Of a stretch of 24,000 bases of DNA, positions 1 through 7,970 are shown one piece after another; the first letter of the stretch is position 1, and each line of letters starts with the position of its first letter. The notes under the pieces were generated by a model, which searched no databases, was not told the origin of the DNA, and saw only the letters and a list, made by a program, of their open reading frames with translations. Made by a program: the position numbers and the translations under genes. This DNA comes from an uncultured delta proteobacterium. Lineage in GTDB: Bacteria; Desulfobacterota; DSM-4660; Desulfatiglandales; Desulfatiglandaceae. The stretch covers positions 179,602 to 203,601 of the forward strand of contig CAWHLE010000024.1 in assembly GCA_963830155.1 (NCBI GenBank), in the 5' to 3' direction.

Positions 1-1
1 T

Positions 2-1285
2 AAGCGCTGGATCAACGATTTTGCCGCATCGGAGCAGGCCCGCACCGGTATCCCGAATCTGAAGGTGGGATTCAACCGGGTCTTTGGCTACTACATCGAG
101 ATTTCGAACAGCAATCGCCATCTCGTGCCCCAGGACTACGTCCGGAAACAGACCCTCGTCAATGGGGAGCGCTACATTACCGAATCGCTCAAGACCATGG
201 AGGACCAGGTGCTTGGCGCGGAAGAGCGGAGGGTATCGCTGGAATACGAAATATTCAATAGCGTCCGGGACCAGATCGCCGCGCACCATCGCCGCGTGCG
301 AGAGACAGCGGCCGTCATTGCGGAGATCGATGTCCTCTGCGGACTTGCCGAGGTAGCGGAAAGGAATCACTACACCTGTCCCGATGTGAACGAGGGTCCG
401 GAGATCGCCATCACCGAGGGGCGGCACCCGGTCATCGAGCAGACCGTCCGGGAGGAGGACTTCGTCCCCAATGACATCCTGCTCAATGACACGGACCAAC
501 AGATGCTTCTCATCACCGGACCCAACATGGCCGGGAAGTCCACCGTGCTCCGGCAGACGGCGCTTACGGTCCTGATGGCGCAGATCGGGAGCTTCGTTCC
601 CGCAAGGAAGGCCGTCATTGGGAGAGTGGACCGGATTTTCACCAGGGTGGGCGCCTCGGATGATCTGGCAAGGGGGCAGTCCACCTTCATGGTGGAGATG
701 CAGGAGACGGCCAACATCCTGCGCTATGCAACGCCCGCAAGCCTGGTCATCCTGGATGAAATCGGGCGTGGCACCAGCACCTACGATGGACTGAGTCTTG
801 CCTGGGCCGTTTCAGAGGCCCTCCATGACCGGGACGGCAAAGGGGTGAGGACCCTGTTTGCGACCCACTACCATGAGCTGACCGAAATGGCGGCCGTAAA
901 GCCCCGTGTCAAGAACTTTAATATCGCGGTCAAAGAGTGGGCCGATCGAATCATCTTTCTGAGAAAGCTCGTCCCAGGAGGGACCAACCGGAGCTATGGG
1001 ATTCAAGTGGCCCGGATCGCGGGGCTTCCCGAGGACGTGCTGAAACGGGCCAAGGAAATCCTCGAGAACCTGGAAAACCTTGAATGGGATGGCACGGGCC
1101 GCCCCAGGCTGGCCCGGACAAAGGAGAAGCGGCCTACAAGGGAGACGGTCCAGATGAGCCTTTTCACCGCCCGCGAATCCGAGCTCATGGAGCGAATTCG
1201 GGATCTAAACATCCAATCCATGACGCCCCTGGAGGCCATGATCGAGTTGGACCGGCTCAAGCAATGGGTGGAGGCCATGCCCTGA
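2..1285 (+). CDS. mutS: DNA mismatch repair protein MutS, C-terminal part (5' end lies upstream of the window)
   Basis: The frame is open from base 2, and the track ORF merely starts at an internal GTG (65). The translation has LKVGFNRVFGYYIEIS, Walker A GPNMAGKST, Walker B LVILDEIGRGTSTYDG and FATHYHEL, which are typical of the MutS ATPase domain. Stop is TGA at 1283-1285. Confidence 0.95.
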   Translation, partial: KRWINDFAASEQARTGIPNLKVGFNRVFGYYIEISNSNRHLVPQDYVRKQTLVNGERYITESLKTMEDQVLGAEERRVSLEYEIFNSVRDQIAAHHRRVRETAAVIAEIDVLCGLAEVAERNHYTCPDVNEGPEIAITEGRHPVIEQTVREEDFVPNDILLNDTDQQMLLITGPNMAGKSTVLRQTALTVLMAQIGSFVPARKAVIGRVDRIFTRVGASDDLARGQSTFMVEMQETANILRYATPASLVILDEIGRGTSTYDGLSLAWAVSEALHDRDGKGVRTLFATHYHELTEMAAVKPRVKNFNIAVKEWADRIIFLRKLVPGGTNRSYGIQVARIAGLPEDVLKRAKEILENLENLEWDGTGRPRLARTKEKRPTRETVQMSLFTARESELMERIRDLNIQSMTPLEAMIELDRLKQWVEAMP

Positions 1286-1301
1286 AGATGAGAATGACCG
1301 A

Positions 1302-3026
1302 ATGAAGCACATAGCCACCGTCATTTCAGCCGCTTTTGCCATGTTTCTCCTCTTCATGGGTGGTTGGGCCCATGCAGAGCCCCCAGAAGGGCCTGCCAGC
1401 CTGTTGGCCGCAGCAGATCAGTGTCGGGGTGCCCTGTACCGGTCCAATAAAGGCATGCGCTACCGGCAACAGTGGTCCAAGTGTCTCGGCCTTTATGAAG
1501 CGGTCTACTCCCAATACCCGGCGACCGACGAGGCGCCCCGGGCCTTGTATCAATCTGCCCGAATGCTCATGCGACTCTACCCCTACTCCGGGAAGAAAGA
1601 GGATTTGGACCAGGCCATTGACCTGTGCAGGCGTCTTTCAGAGGGGTACCGTACCCACCGACTGGCTGACGACGCCCAATACATGATCGGTGAGATCTTC
1701 TACGAGCACAAGAAAGATCTGGCGCAGGCCTATGTGGAATTTCTGAAGGTGGAAGTGAGGTTTCCTGCAGGTGACATGCAGCCGGCTGCGAGAAAGATGC
1801 TGGACCGGCTGGCCCTGGATCTGGACAGAAAAGAGGAAGCGAAAAGGGCTGCGGAAAGGGGTGATTCGGATTCTCGGCTTGTCTTGGTCACCGGCGTGAG
1901 GCATTGGTCAACGCCGACCTATACGAGGGTGGTCATCGACCTGGACAGCCCAACGAAATACACCCATCACCTCCTGAAGCCCGACCCAGGCCTGAACACG
2001 CCCCGGAGGCTCTACGTGGATCTTGAAAAGGCAAGGGTTTCAGCCGAGATCGACAGCCAGATACCTATAGGAGACGGCCTGCTCCAGCGTGCCAGGGCGG
2101 GACAATACACGCCTGACAGCGTGCGCGTCGTGCTGGACACGGAGAGCCTGGGCGGGTACAAGGTTTTCCCCCTTTACGACCCCTTTCGGATCGTGGTGGA
2201 TGTGAAGCGCCAGGAGGAAGAGAAGCCCGCCCCCCCTCCTTCTGCAGCGAAGGCCAAACCGGTCCCCGTGCGAAAAGGTATTCGAAGGGCCGAGACGCCG
2301 GAGAGTACCGCCAGCCTGGCCAAACAGCTTGGGCTGAGCGTGCGCAGAATTGTGATCGACCCTGGGCATGGCGGAAAGGATCCGGGTTCCTATATCTCAG
2401 GGGGCATTGAGGAGAAGGACGTCGTCTTGTCGCTGGCCAAGGTGGTTGCCGACAAGATCCATCGTGAGGTGGGCTGTGAGGTCTATCTGACCCGCGCGGA
2501 AGACGTCTTCCTCCCTTTAGAGCGCCGGACCGCCATCGCCAATATGAAGAAGGCCGATCTCTTCATATCGCTCCATATCAATGCCCACAGGGATTCAGCC
2601 ATCCATGGGCTTGAAACTTACTTTTTGAATGTCACCACCGATGAGAGTGCGGTGACGGTGGCTGCCCGGGAAAACGCAACCTCCGAGCACAATATCAGCG
2701 ATCTCCAGAAGATTCTCAACGACCTCCTGCTGAACACGAAGATCCACGAATCCAGCCGGTTGGCCCACCAGGTCCAGAAGGGGATGCTGCACCAGGTGGG
2801 CAGCCGCTTCAACCAGATTCGGGACCTGGGCGTGAAGCAGGCCCCTTTCTATGTGCTCATCGGCGCTGAAATGCCCGCCATTTTGGTGGAAACGGGTTTC
2901 ATCACCAATCCCAGAGAACGGAAAAGGCTACTCACCCGCACCTATCAGGAAACGCTCGCCGATGGCATCGCAGAGGGCATCAAACGCTATATCCGTGGTA
3001 TCGAAGAAGTTTACCAGGGCGGGTAA
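1302..3026 (+). CDS. N-acetylmuramoyl-L-alanine amidase (AmiC-like): signal peptide, N-terminal TPR-like helical domain, AMIN domain and Amidase_3 domain
   Basis: The signal peptide MKHIATVISAAFAMFLLFMGGWAHA/EP has an AxA cleavage site. An AMIN-like segment follows (VTGVRHWSTPTYTRVVIDLD...VRVVLDTE...FRIVVDV). The catalytic part has IVIDPGHGGKDPG, ADLFISLHINA and PAILVETGFITN, which are hallmark Amidase_3 strings. Confidence 0.9.
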   Translation: MKHIATVISAAFAMFLLFMGGWAHAEPPEGPASLLAAADQCRGALYRSNKGMRYRQQWSKCLGLYEAVYSQYPATDEAPRALYQSARMLMRLYPYSGKKEDLDQAIDLCRRLSEGYRTHRLADDAQYMIGEIFYEHKKDLAQAYVEFLKVEVRFPAGDMQPAARKMLDRLALDLDRKEEAKRAAERGDSDSRLVLVTGVRHWSTPTYTRVVIDLDSPTKYTHHLLKPDPGLNTPRRLYVDLEKARVSAEIDSQIPIGDGLLQRARAGQYTPDSVRVVLDTESLGGYKVFPLYDPFRIVVDVKRQEEEKPAPPPSAAKAKPVPVRKGIRRAETPESTASLAKQLGLSVRRIVIDPGHGGKDPGSYISGGIEEKDVVLSLAKVVADKIHREVGCEVYLTRAEDVFLPLERRTAIANMKKADLFISLHINAHRDSAIHGLETYFLNVTTDESAVTVAARENATSEHNISDLQKILNDLLLNTKIHESSRLAHQVQKGMLHQVGSRFNQIRDLGVKQAPFYVLIGAEMPAILVETGFITNPRERKRLLTRTYQETLADGIAEGIKRYIRGIEEVYQGG

Positions 3027-3035
3027 CTGGTGGCC

Positions 3036-4158
3036 CTATGAGTGGTGCTGCCCCTTGTGGGCAGATTTCATTTTCAGATAGGCGTTAATGAACACGTCGA
3101 TCCCCCCATTCATGACGCCTTCCAAGTTCCCCACTTCCACGTCGGTCCTGTGGTCCTTCACCAGCCTGTAAGGGTTAAACACATAGGACCTGATCTGGCT
3201 TCCCCAGGCGATATCTTTTTGGTTTTCATGAAGTTCCTGCTTTTTATCATCCAACTTCCTTTTTTCGCGATCATAGAGCTTGGCCCTTAGAAACTTCATG
3301 GCCATGTCCTTGTTTCGGTGCTGGGATTTTTCGTTCTGGCACTGAACCACGATTCCTGTGGGAAGATGAGTGATCCTAACCGCGGAACTGGTCTTGTTGA
3401 CATGTTGCCCGCCCGGGCCGCTGGCACGGAACGTGTCTATACGTAAGTCCTTCTCATCGATTTCAATTTTGATGTCCACGTCCACTTCGGGCAGGACCGA
3501 CACCGACGCAAAAGAGGTGTGTCTTCTTCCGGTTGCGTCGAAGGGGGAGATGCGCACCATACGGTGAATCCCGCTTTCGCTCTTGAGGTGACCATAGGCG
3601 TAAGGACCGGACACGGTAAAGGCGATGTTCTTGATGCCCGCCTCTTCCCCAGCCAGGAAATCGATGATTTCGACCTTGAACCCCTTGTCTTCGGCCCACC
3701 GCCCATACATTCTGAAAAGCATCTCCACCCAGTCCTGGGCCTCCGTGCCGCCTGCGCCCGCATTGATGGCCACGATCGCATTTCGTGAGTCATCGGGTTC
3801 TCCCAGCAGGGAGTGAAATTCCAGAGAGGCGACTCCTTTTTGGATACGGGACACATCCCTTTCCAGTTCCCGCATGGTGCGTTCGTCATTCTCTTCTAAA
3901 GCTAGCTCGGCAAGGATTCTTGCATCTTCGGTCTCCTCGTGGTACTGCCGCCACCGATCGATGGTCTCTTTCAGAGAGGCGCGCTGCTGCCCCATCTGGG
4001 AGATCTTTTCCTGGCTGTCTTTCCAAAAAGAGGCCTCGGACATGATTTTGTCGATCCTTTCAAGCTCCTTTTCCTGGCTCTCCAAGTCAAAGATGACCTC
4101 GAAGTTCCTGAAGCCTGTTCGTGATATCATCAATCCGGTGTATGACGTTGCCTTCCAT
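3036..4158 (-). CDS. prfB: peptide chain release factor 2, made from two frames joined by a programmed +1 frameshift (4158..4090 joined to 4088..3036)
   Basis: The zero-frame segment starts at ATG 4158 and reads MEGNVIHRIDDITNRLQELRGHL, then hits an in-frame TGA at 4089-4087. The +1 frame continues DLESQEKELERIDK... and contains the SPF tripeptide (RISPFD) and GGQ (SGPGGQHVNKTSSAVRITHLPTG). The joined product is about 373 aa. Confidence 0.95.
4086..4101 (-). promoter_or_regulatory. prfB: RF2 autoregulatory +1 frameshift site with upstream SD-like element
   Basis: The minus-strand sequence is cGAGGTcatCTTTGAc. The slippery CTT plus TGA plus C is identical to the E. coli prfB site (CUU UGA C). 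A GAGG(T) Shine-Dalgarno-like element lies 3 nt upstream of CTT. Confidence 0.9.
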
Positions 4159-4371
4159 GATGGTCTTTCTCCTGAGTTTTTGACCCGGGCAAGCCGGAAT
4201 CAGATAGGAATTCCTTCTCTCGCAAAGACGCCAGGAACGCCAAGTCTTAAGTATTCCTTTAGCCCTTTGCGATCTTTGCGCCAGCAAGAGGTAGATTCTC
4301 TCCCCGAAGGCGGGACTGAACACCAATCATCTTGATTCGTGACAACTATTTTAATCTATTCCAAGATTTTT

Positions 4372-5985
4372 TCAAGAAGATACAGGACGTTTGGTCTCTT
4401 TGATCCCGTCCCCAGATCTTTTTAGTCCACCGAGGACCCCAGCCAGGCACATGATGATCGCCAGATAGGCGAACATATCCCCGAAACGGGTATAAAACGT
4501 CAACCCTCTATCGCTCAGGTGGAGGGTCGCTCTTAACGTTTCCTCCTCAAAAAGATCGGTCCTGTTCCTGATCCGCCCCCGGGAATCGATGATTGCACTG
4601 ATTCCGGTATTGGCAGCCCGTATGAGGGGTCTTCTGTTCTCCACTGCACGGAGCACGCTCATGCTCAGATGCTGGTAGGGTGCGCTGGAAACCCCGAACC
4701 ATGCGTCATTGGTCAGGTTGACCAAGACATCTGCCCCTTTCCGGACCATGGCCCTGGATATCTCCGGGAAGATGGCCTCAAAACAAATGAGGATTCCCGC
4801 TGACGCGTTTTTGAGCGCCACAGGGGCAATCCGGTCGCCAGGGGTGAAATCCCCTGCAGCGGGAGCCAATCGGTTTATAAATCCCAAGAGTCCTTTCAGC
4901 GGCACGTACTCGCCGAAGGGGACCAGATGGACCTTGTCGTAATACTGAATGGTCTTCGTGTCCGGCCGCAACAGGTAGGCCCGGTTGTAAAATTTCAACT
5001 GCTGGCCATCCCGCCTGTAAGCCGGGCTTCCGAAGATCAGGGCCGCTTTCGATTCCTCGACCAGGGAGAAAATGTCTTTGGCAAGTGCGGGTCCATCCTG
5101 GAAGAAGAGGGGCACCGCCGTCTCCGGCCACACGATCAAATCGGGCGAGAAATCGTATGTCGATCGGGTGAGCCGCTGATAACGGGCCATGGTTTCTTCC
5201 TGAAACGCTGGGTCCCATTTCACGGACTGATCAATGGAGGCTTGTATGACCACGCAGCGCAAGGTCTTGTCGGACTTCCCCGAATCGAGATTTGGAGGTC
5301 GCTCATCCAGTTTTTGGTGCCCGTAGAAGAGAGACATCATGATCAACAGCGCGGTTCCGAACGCGTAACGCCACACCCAGATCTGCCGCTTGACACGGAA
5401 TTGGGTGAGCACGTGGAAGAGGACCGTGTTGGTCAGCACGATCAGAAAGGAGAGGCCGTAGACGCCGGTTAAGTCTGTGAGCTGGATCAGCAGACCGTTT
5501 TCATATTGGCTGTAACCCAGCAGACACCAGGGAAAGCCGCTCAGGGCCTTTGATCGAAGGTATTCGAGCGCCACCCAAAGGAGGGCGGCGAAGAGGGGAC
5601 GGAGGTGATCAGTGCCCAAGCGCCCCAGCAGTCCGCCGAAGAGTGCAGGGAAAAGGGCCAGGTAGAGGCAGAGCAGGAAGAGCGGCCCCAGGTTCCATGG
5701 AAACGGCAGATTGCCGTATTTCCCCATCACGATGGCCACCCAGTAAATAAGGGTCAAATTGTGAGAAAGACCCGTAATGAACCCCAGCCGAAAGGCGCGC
5801 CTGAAAGGTTCACCCTTAAGACTGATGAGTAGGGGAACGAGGGCAAACCAGGCCACCCAGGGGGTCTTGCCCGGTGGGAAGGCTGCCGTGAGGATGATGC
5901 CTGAAAGGATCGCCAGGAAGGTCTTAAGGTTCTGACCGGCTTTGAACCGAAAGACCCGATGGGTTGGGGAAGACGTATCGGGCAT
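4372..5985 (-). CDS. lnt: apolipoprotein N-acyltransferase
   Basis: The N-terminal half is polytopic membrane protein (LAILSGIILTAAFPP..., WVALEYLR...GFPW). A C-terminal nitrilase/CN-hydrolase domain follows (VVWPETAVP, ...ICFEAIFPE..., NLTNDAWFG). I place the start at ATG 5985 (MPDTSSPTHRVF...), 22 nt after the corC stop. The 92 extra codons in the track ORF overlap corC and look non-coding. The corC-lnt order matches E. coli ybeX-lnt. Confidence 0.88.
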   Translation of the reverse strand: MPDTSSPTHRVFRFKAGQNLKTFLAILSGIILTAAFPPGKTPWVAWFALVPLLISLKGEPFRRAFRLGFITGLSHNLTLIYWVAIVMGKYGNLPFPWNLGPLFLLCLYLALFPALFGGLLGRLGTDHLRPLFAALLWVALEYLRSKALSGFPWCLLGYSQYENGLLIQLTDLTGVYGLSFLIVLTNTVLFHVLTQFRVKRQIWVWRYAFGTALLIMMSLFYGHQKLDERPPNLDSGKSDKTLRCVVIQASIDQSVKWDPAFQEETMARYQRLTRSTYDFSPDLIVWPETAVPLFFQDGPALAKDIFSLVEESKAALIFGSPAYRRDGQQLKFYNRAYLLRPDTKTIQYYDKVHLVPFGEYVPLKGLLGFINRLAPAAGDFTPGDRIAPVALKNASAGILICFEAIFPEISRAMVRKGADVLVNLTNDAWFGVSSAPYQHLSMSVLRAVENRRPLIRAANTGISAIIDSRGRIRNRTDLFEEETLRATLHLSDRGLTFYTRFGDMFAYLAIIMCLAGVLGGLKRSGDGIKETKRPVSS

Positions 5986-6007
5986 GAGGGGGCTCGGGGA
6001 AGCGGAT

Positions 6008-6967
6008 CTAGACGGAGTTCCCCTCCACCGCTTCAGGGGAGGCGGGGGAAGGTTTGCGGGAAAAGATGACTTTGTGAACTTTCCGAGGGTCGGCCTTCTG
6101 CACGGTGATCTCCAGATCGTCGTATACGAGGGTCTCCTTTTCTTTCGGTATCCTGCCCAGGAGGTGAAGGATGAACCCGCCGACGGATTCGTATTCGTCC
6201 TTAGGGAGCTCCCGGCCCAACCGTTCTTCAAGCTTTTCGATCTCAAGGCGCGCATCCACAAGCAATGAGCCGTCTTCCATCACGAGCAGCATGGGCTCCT
6301 CCGTATCATGTTCGTCCATGATTTCGCCTACGATCTCCTCGATGATGTCCTCGATGGTAATGATGCCCGCGGTCCCGCCGTATTCGTCCGTTACAATGGC
6401 CAAATGGGTTTTTCTGTCTTTAAGGTCACGGAGGAGTTCGCTCAACTTCTCCGACTCCGGTACAAGGAAGGGCTTTCGGAGGATGTCCTCCGGGACGGTC
6501 GATTCCACATCCCTTCCCCAAAGCCTCAGAAGGTCCTTCGCATGGAGAATGCCGACGATGTGGTCTATGCTCTCTTTGTGGATGGGAATACGCGTGTGGC
6601 CGCAGGAGGCCACCAGCCCAATAATCTCGCCCAGCGTTGCATCGGCCGGCGCGCTTGAGATCTCGGTTCGCGGGACCATGATGGAGCGGGTCGCGGTCTG
6701 TCGGAGGTGGAAAACGCCAAAGACCATGCGCGTTTCCAGCTCGCTGACAAACCCCTTGGCCTTGGCCTTCTTCATGAGGTCGAAGAGCGTTTGTGTCAAA
6801 TCAGAGCTATCCGCGAGATGGGTCTTCTTTCGGGTCAGGAATTTCAAGAGGCCCAGAAACCCTTGTTCGGAATCCTCTTCCAATGATACCCTCTGTCTAC
6901 TTTGCGAGCGTGATTGACGGTATGGGGGACTCTGTCTTGCGAGAAGTCCCGGCAAAAAATCGTTCAT
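6008..6967 (-). CDS. corC: CBS-pair / CorC_HlyC domain protein (CorC/YbeX family, magnesium-cobalt efflux associated)
   Basis: The protein has two CBS motifs (IMVPRTEI..., LAIVTDEYGGTAGIITIEDIIEEIVGEI) and a C-terminal transporter-associated domain (DGSLLVDARLEIEKLEE..., GGFILHLLGRIP). The track start at 6976 is a TTG, so ATG at 6967 (MNDFLPG...) is preferred. No SD is visible for either start. Confidence 0.85.
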   Translation of the reverse strand: MNDFLPGLLARQSPPYRQSRSQSRQRVSLEEDSEQGFLGLLKFLTRKKTHLADSSDLTQTLFDLMKKAKAKGFVSELETRMVFGVFHLRQTATRSIMVPRTEISSAPADATLGEIIGLVASCGHTRIPIHKESIDHIVGILHAKDLLRLWGRDVESTVPEDILRKPFLVPESEKLSELLRDLKDRKTHLAIVTDEYGGTAGIITIEDIIEEIVGEIMDEHDTEEPMLLVMEDGSLLVDARLEIEKLEERLGRELPKDEYESVGGFILHLLGRIPKEKETLVYDDLEITVQKADPRKVHKVIFSRKPSPASPEAVEGNSV

Positions 6968-6976
6968 AATGATCAA

Positions 6977-7005
6977 TATTTAGTTTTCGAGTGCCCATCT
7001 GTCAA
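6977..7005 (-). promoter_or_regulatory. candidate sigma70-type promoter for corC-lnt (TTGACA-17-TAAATA)
   Basis: The minus strand has a perfect -35 TTGACA (7005-7000), a 17-nt spacer and a weak -10 TAAATA (6982-6977). The predicted start site falls only a few nt before ATG 6967, which implies a leaderless or near-leaderless mRNA. This is a pattern match only. Confidence 0.3.
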
Positions 7006-7014
7006 GATATTCTC

Positions 7015-7043
7015 TTGACTCACGACTTCGTATTGATTATGAT
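7015..7043 (+). promoter_or_regulatory. candidate sigma70-type promoter for tRNA-Gly and possibly the downstream operon (TTGACT-17-TATGAT)
   Basis: TTGACT lies at 7015-7020, followed by a 17-nt spacer and TATGAT at 7038-7043. This is about 55 nt upstream of the mature tRNA 5' end. It sits back to back with the candidate corC promoter. Confidence 0.5.
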
Positions 7044-7101
7044 TTTGCGTATCCAGGCTCTGGCATTCCCCCGGCATTAGGGCGTGCCGATGGAGAGGAG
7101 A

Positions 7102-7177
7102 GCGGGCATAGCTCAGCTGGTAGAGTACAAGCTTCCCAAGCTTGGTGTCGCGGGTTCGAACCCCGTTGCCCGCTCCA
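7102..7177 (+). tRNA. tRNA-Gly (anticodon CCC), 76 nt with encoded CCA
   Basis: Manual cloverleaf: acceptor GCGGGCA/TGCCCGC; D arm GCTC-AGCTGGTA-GAGT; anticodon stem CAAGC/GCTTG with loop TT-CCC-AA; variable loop GTGTC; T arm GCGGG-TTCGAAC-CCCGT; discriminator T then CCA. The sequence closely resembles canonical bacterial tRNA-Gly. Confidence 0.93.
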
Positions 7178-7225
7178 AGACGCTCCTTCGAGCTTGATGA
7201 TGGCCTGATTCCCTTTTTGAGGTTG

Positions 7226-7254
7226 CCACCCGAGGCCGGCGAGGGGGTGGTTTT
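7226..7254 (+). terminator. weak terminator-like hairpin downstream of tRNA-Gly
   Basis: CCACCC (7226-7231) pairs with GGGTGG (7245-7250) across a 13-nt GC-rich loop and is followed by TTTT (7251-7254). The large loop and short U tract make it marginal. Confidence 0.35.
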
Positions 7255-7343
7255 CGTCAGATCGCGGACTTGGCGTTGGGTTGATCATATCGCCCCATGG
7301 GCTTTATGTAATCAAACGGACAACATTTCAGTCTGTCATTTGG

Positions 7344-7373
7344 AAGCGGGCCTAAGGACCCGCTTTTGTTTTG
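7344..7373 (+). terminator. intrinsic (rho-independent) terminator or attenuator in the rimP-nusA leader
   Basis: AAGCGGG (7344-7350) pairs with CCCGCTT (7359-7365) across an 8-nt loop and is followed by TTTTGTTTTG. There is no equivalent T tract on the opposite strand, so it is oriented with the + strand operon, 92 nt before the rimP ATG. Confidence 0.6.
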
Positions 7374-7464
7374 ATGGCCAAGGGTTCTATGCCCATGGGA
7401 TGCTAGGGATGCCCACACCGTCATTCCTGCAACTTTTCCACGTGGCGCCCATCAGGGGAAGCTG

Positions 7465-7932
7465 ATGTCTCGTTATTCACAGTCTGTGGTGGACAGGGTT
7501 GTCGGCCTAGCGCAGTCCCTCATGGATGACATGGCCTTCGAGTTGGTGGACGTGGCGTTCGTCTCTGAGCGGGGCAGGTGGGTATTGCGCGTTTACGTTG
7601 ACAAGGAAGGCGGCATCACGCTGGATGATTGCGCACGGGTTAGCCGCGAATTGGGGACGCTGGTTGAGGTCCACGAGATCATCGACCAGCCTTACACCCT
7701 TGAGGTCTCATCACCGGGCCTGGACAGGCCGCTCAAGAAGGAGAAGGATTTCCGGCGGGCTGTCGGCATGAAGATAAAGATCAAAACGATTGCCCCTGTT
7801 GAGGGGCAGAAGAAGTTTGTGGGGCAATTGCAGGAGGTGCTGGAGGGGACGCTTATCCTCTTGGTTGAAAATAAACGGATCCCTGTCTCCATGGTGGATA
7901 TTGAACGGGCCAATTTGGTTTATGAATTCTAG
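7465..7932 (+). CDS. rimP: ribosome maturation factor RimP
   Basis: Matching strings are FELVDVAFVSERGRWVLRVYVDKEGGITLDDCARVSRE and YTLEVSSPGLDRPLKK. An SD AGGGGA lies 5 nt upstream of ATG 7465, and the gene sits immediately 5' of nusA. Confidence 0.93.
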   Translation: MSRYSQSVVDRVVGLAQSLMDDMAFELVDVAFVSERGRWVLRVYVDKEGGITLDDCARVSRELGTLVEVHEIIDQPYTLEVSSPGLDRPLKKEKDFRRAVGMKIKIKTIAPVEGQKKFVGQLQEVLEGTLILLVENKRIPVSMVDIERANLVYEF

Positions 7933-7970
7933 TGGGATGAATCCCTGCGTTTCCGCGGAGTCGAAAAACT

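Noticed and set aside
4087-4326. A 79-aa - strand ORF upstream of prfB, considered as an independent small gene.
   Set aside because: Only its last 23 codons are meaningful. They form the zero-frame N-terminus of RF2 ahead of the programmed frameshift, and the upstream part is 5' UTR read in frame.
5986-6261. A 92-codon N-terminal extension of lnt in the track ORF (629 aa).
   Set aside because: The extension overlaps the 3' end of corC in another frame, is rich in R/S/P and lacks the Lnt membrane topology. ATG 5985 gives a normal-length Lnt of 537 aa.
6171-6917. A 248-aa + strand ORF antisense to corC.
   Set aside because: It is a Ser-rich, low-complexity translation opposite a clear CBS/CorC gene and has no start context.
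7102-7177. tRNA-Gly as an integration site for a genomic island.
   Set aside because: No integrase, recombinase or phage-like gene flanks it, and I did not notice a direct repeat of the tRNA 3' end elsewhere in the window. Downstream genes are core housekeeping genes.
7037-7465. ORFs overlapping the tRNA and the rimP leader (83 aa on the - strand, 107 aa on the + strand).
   Set aside because: Both run through the tRNA-Gly gene and the terminator hairpins and have no SD or homology. The region is better explained as RNA and regulatory sequence.
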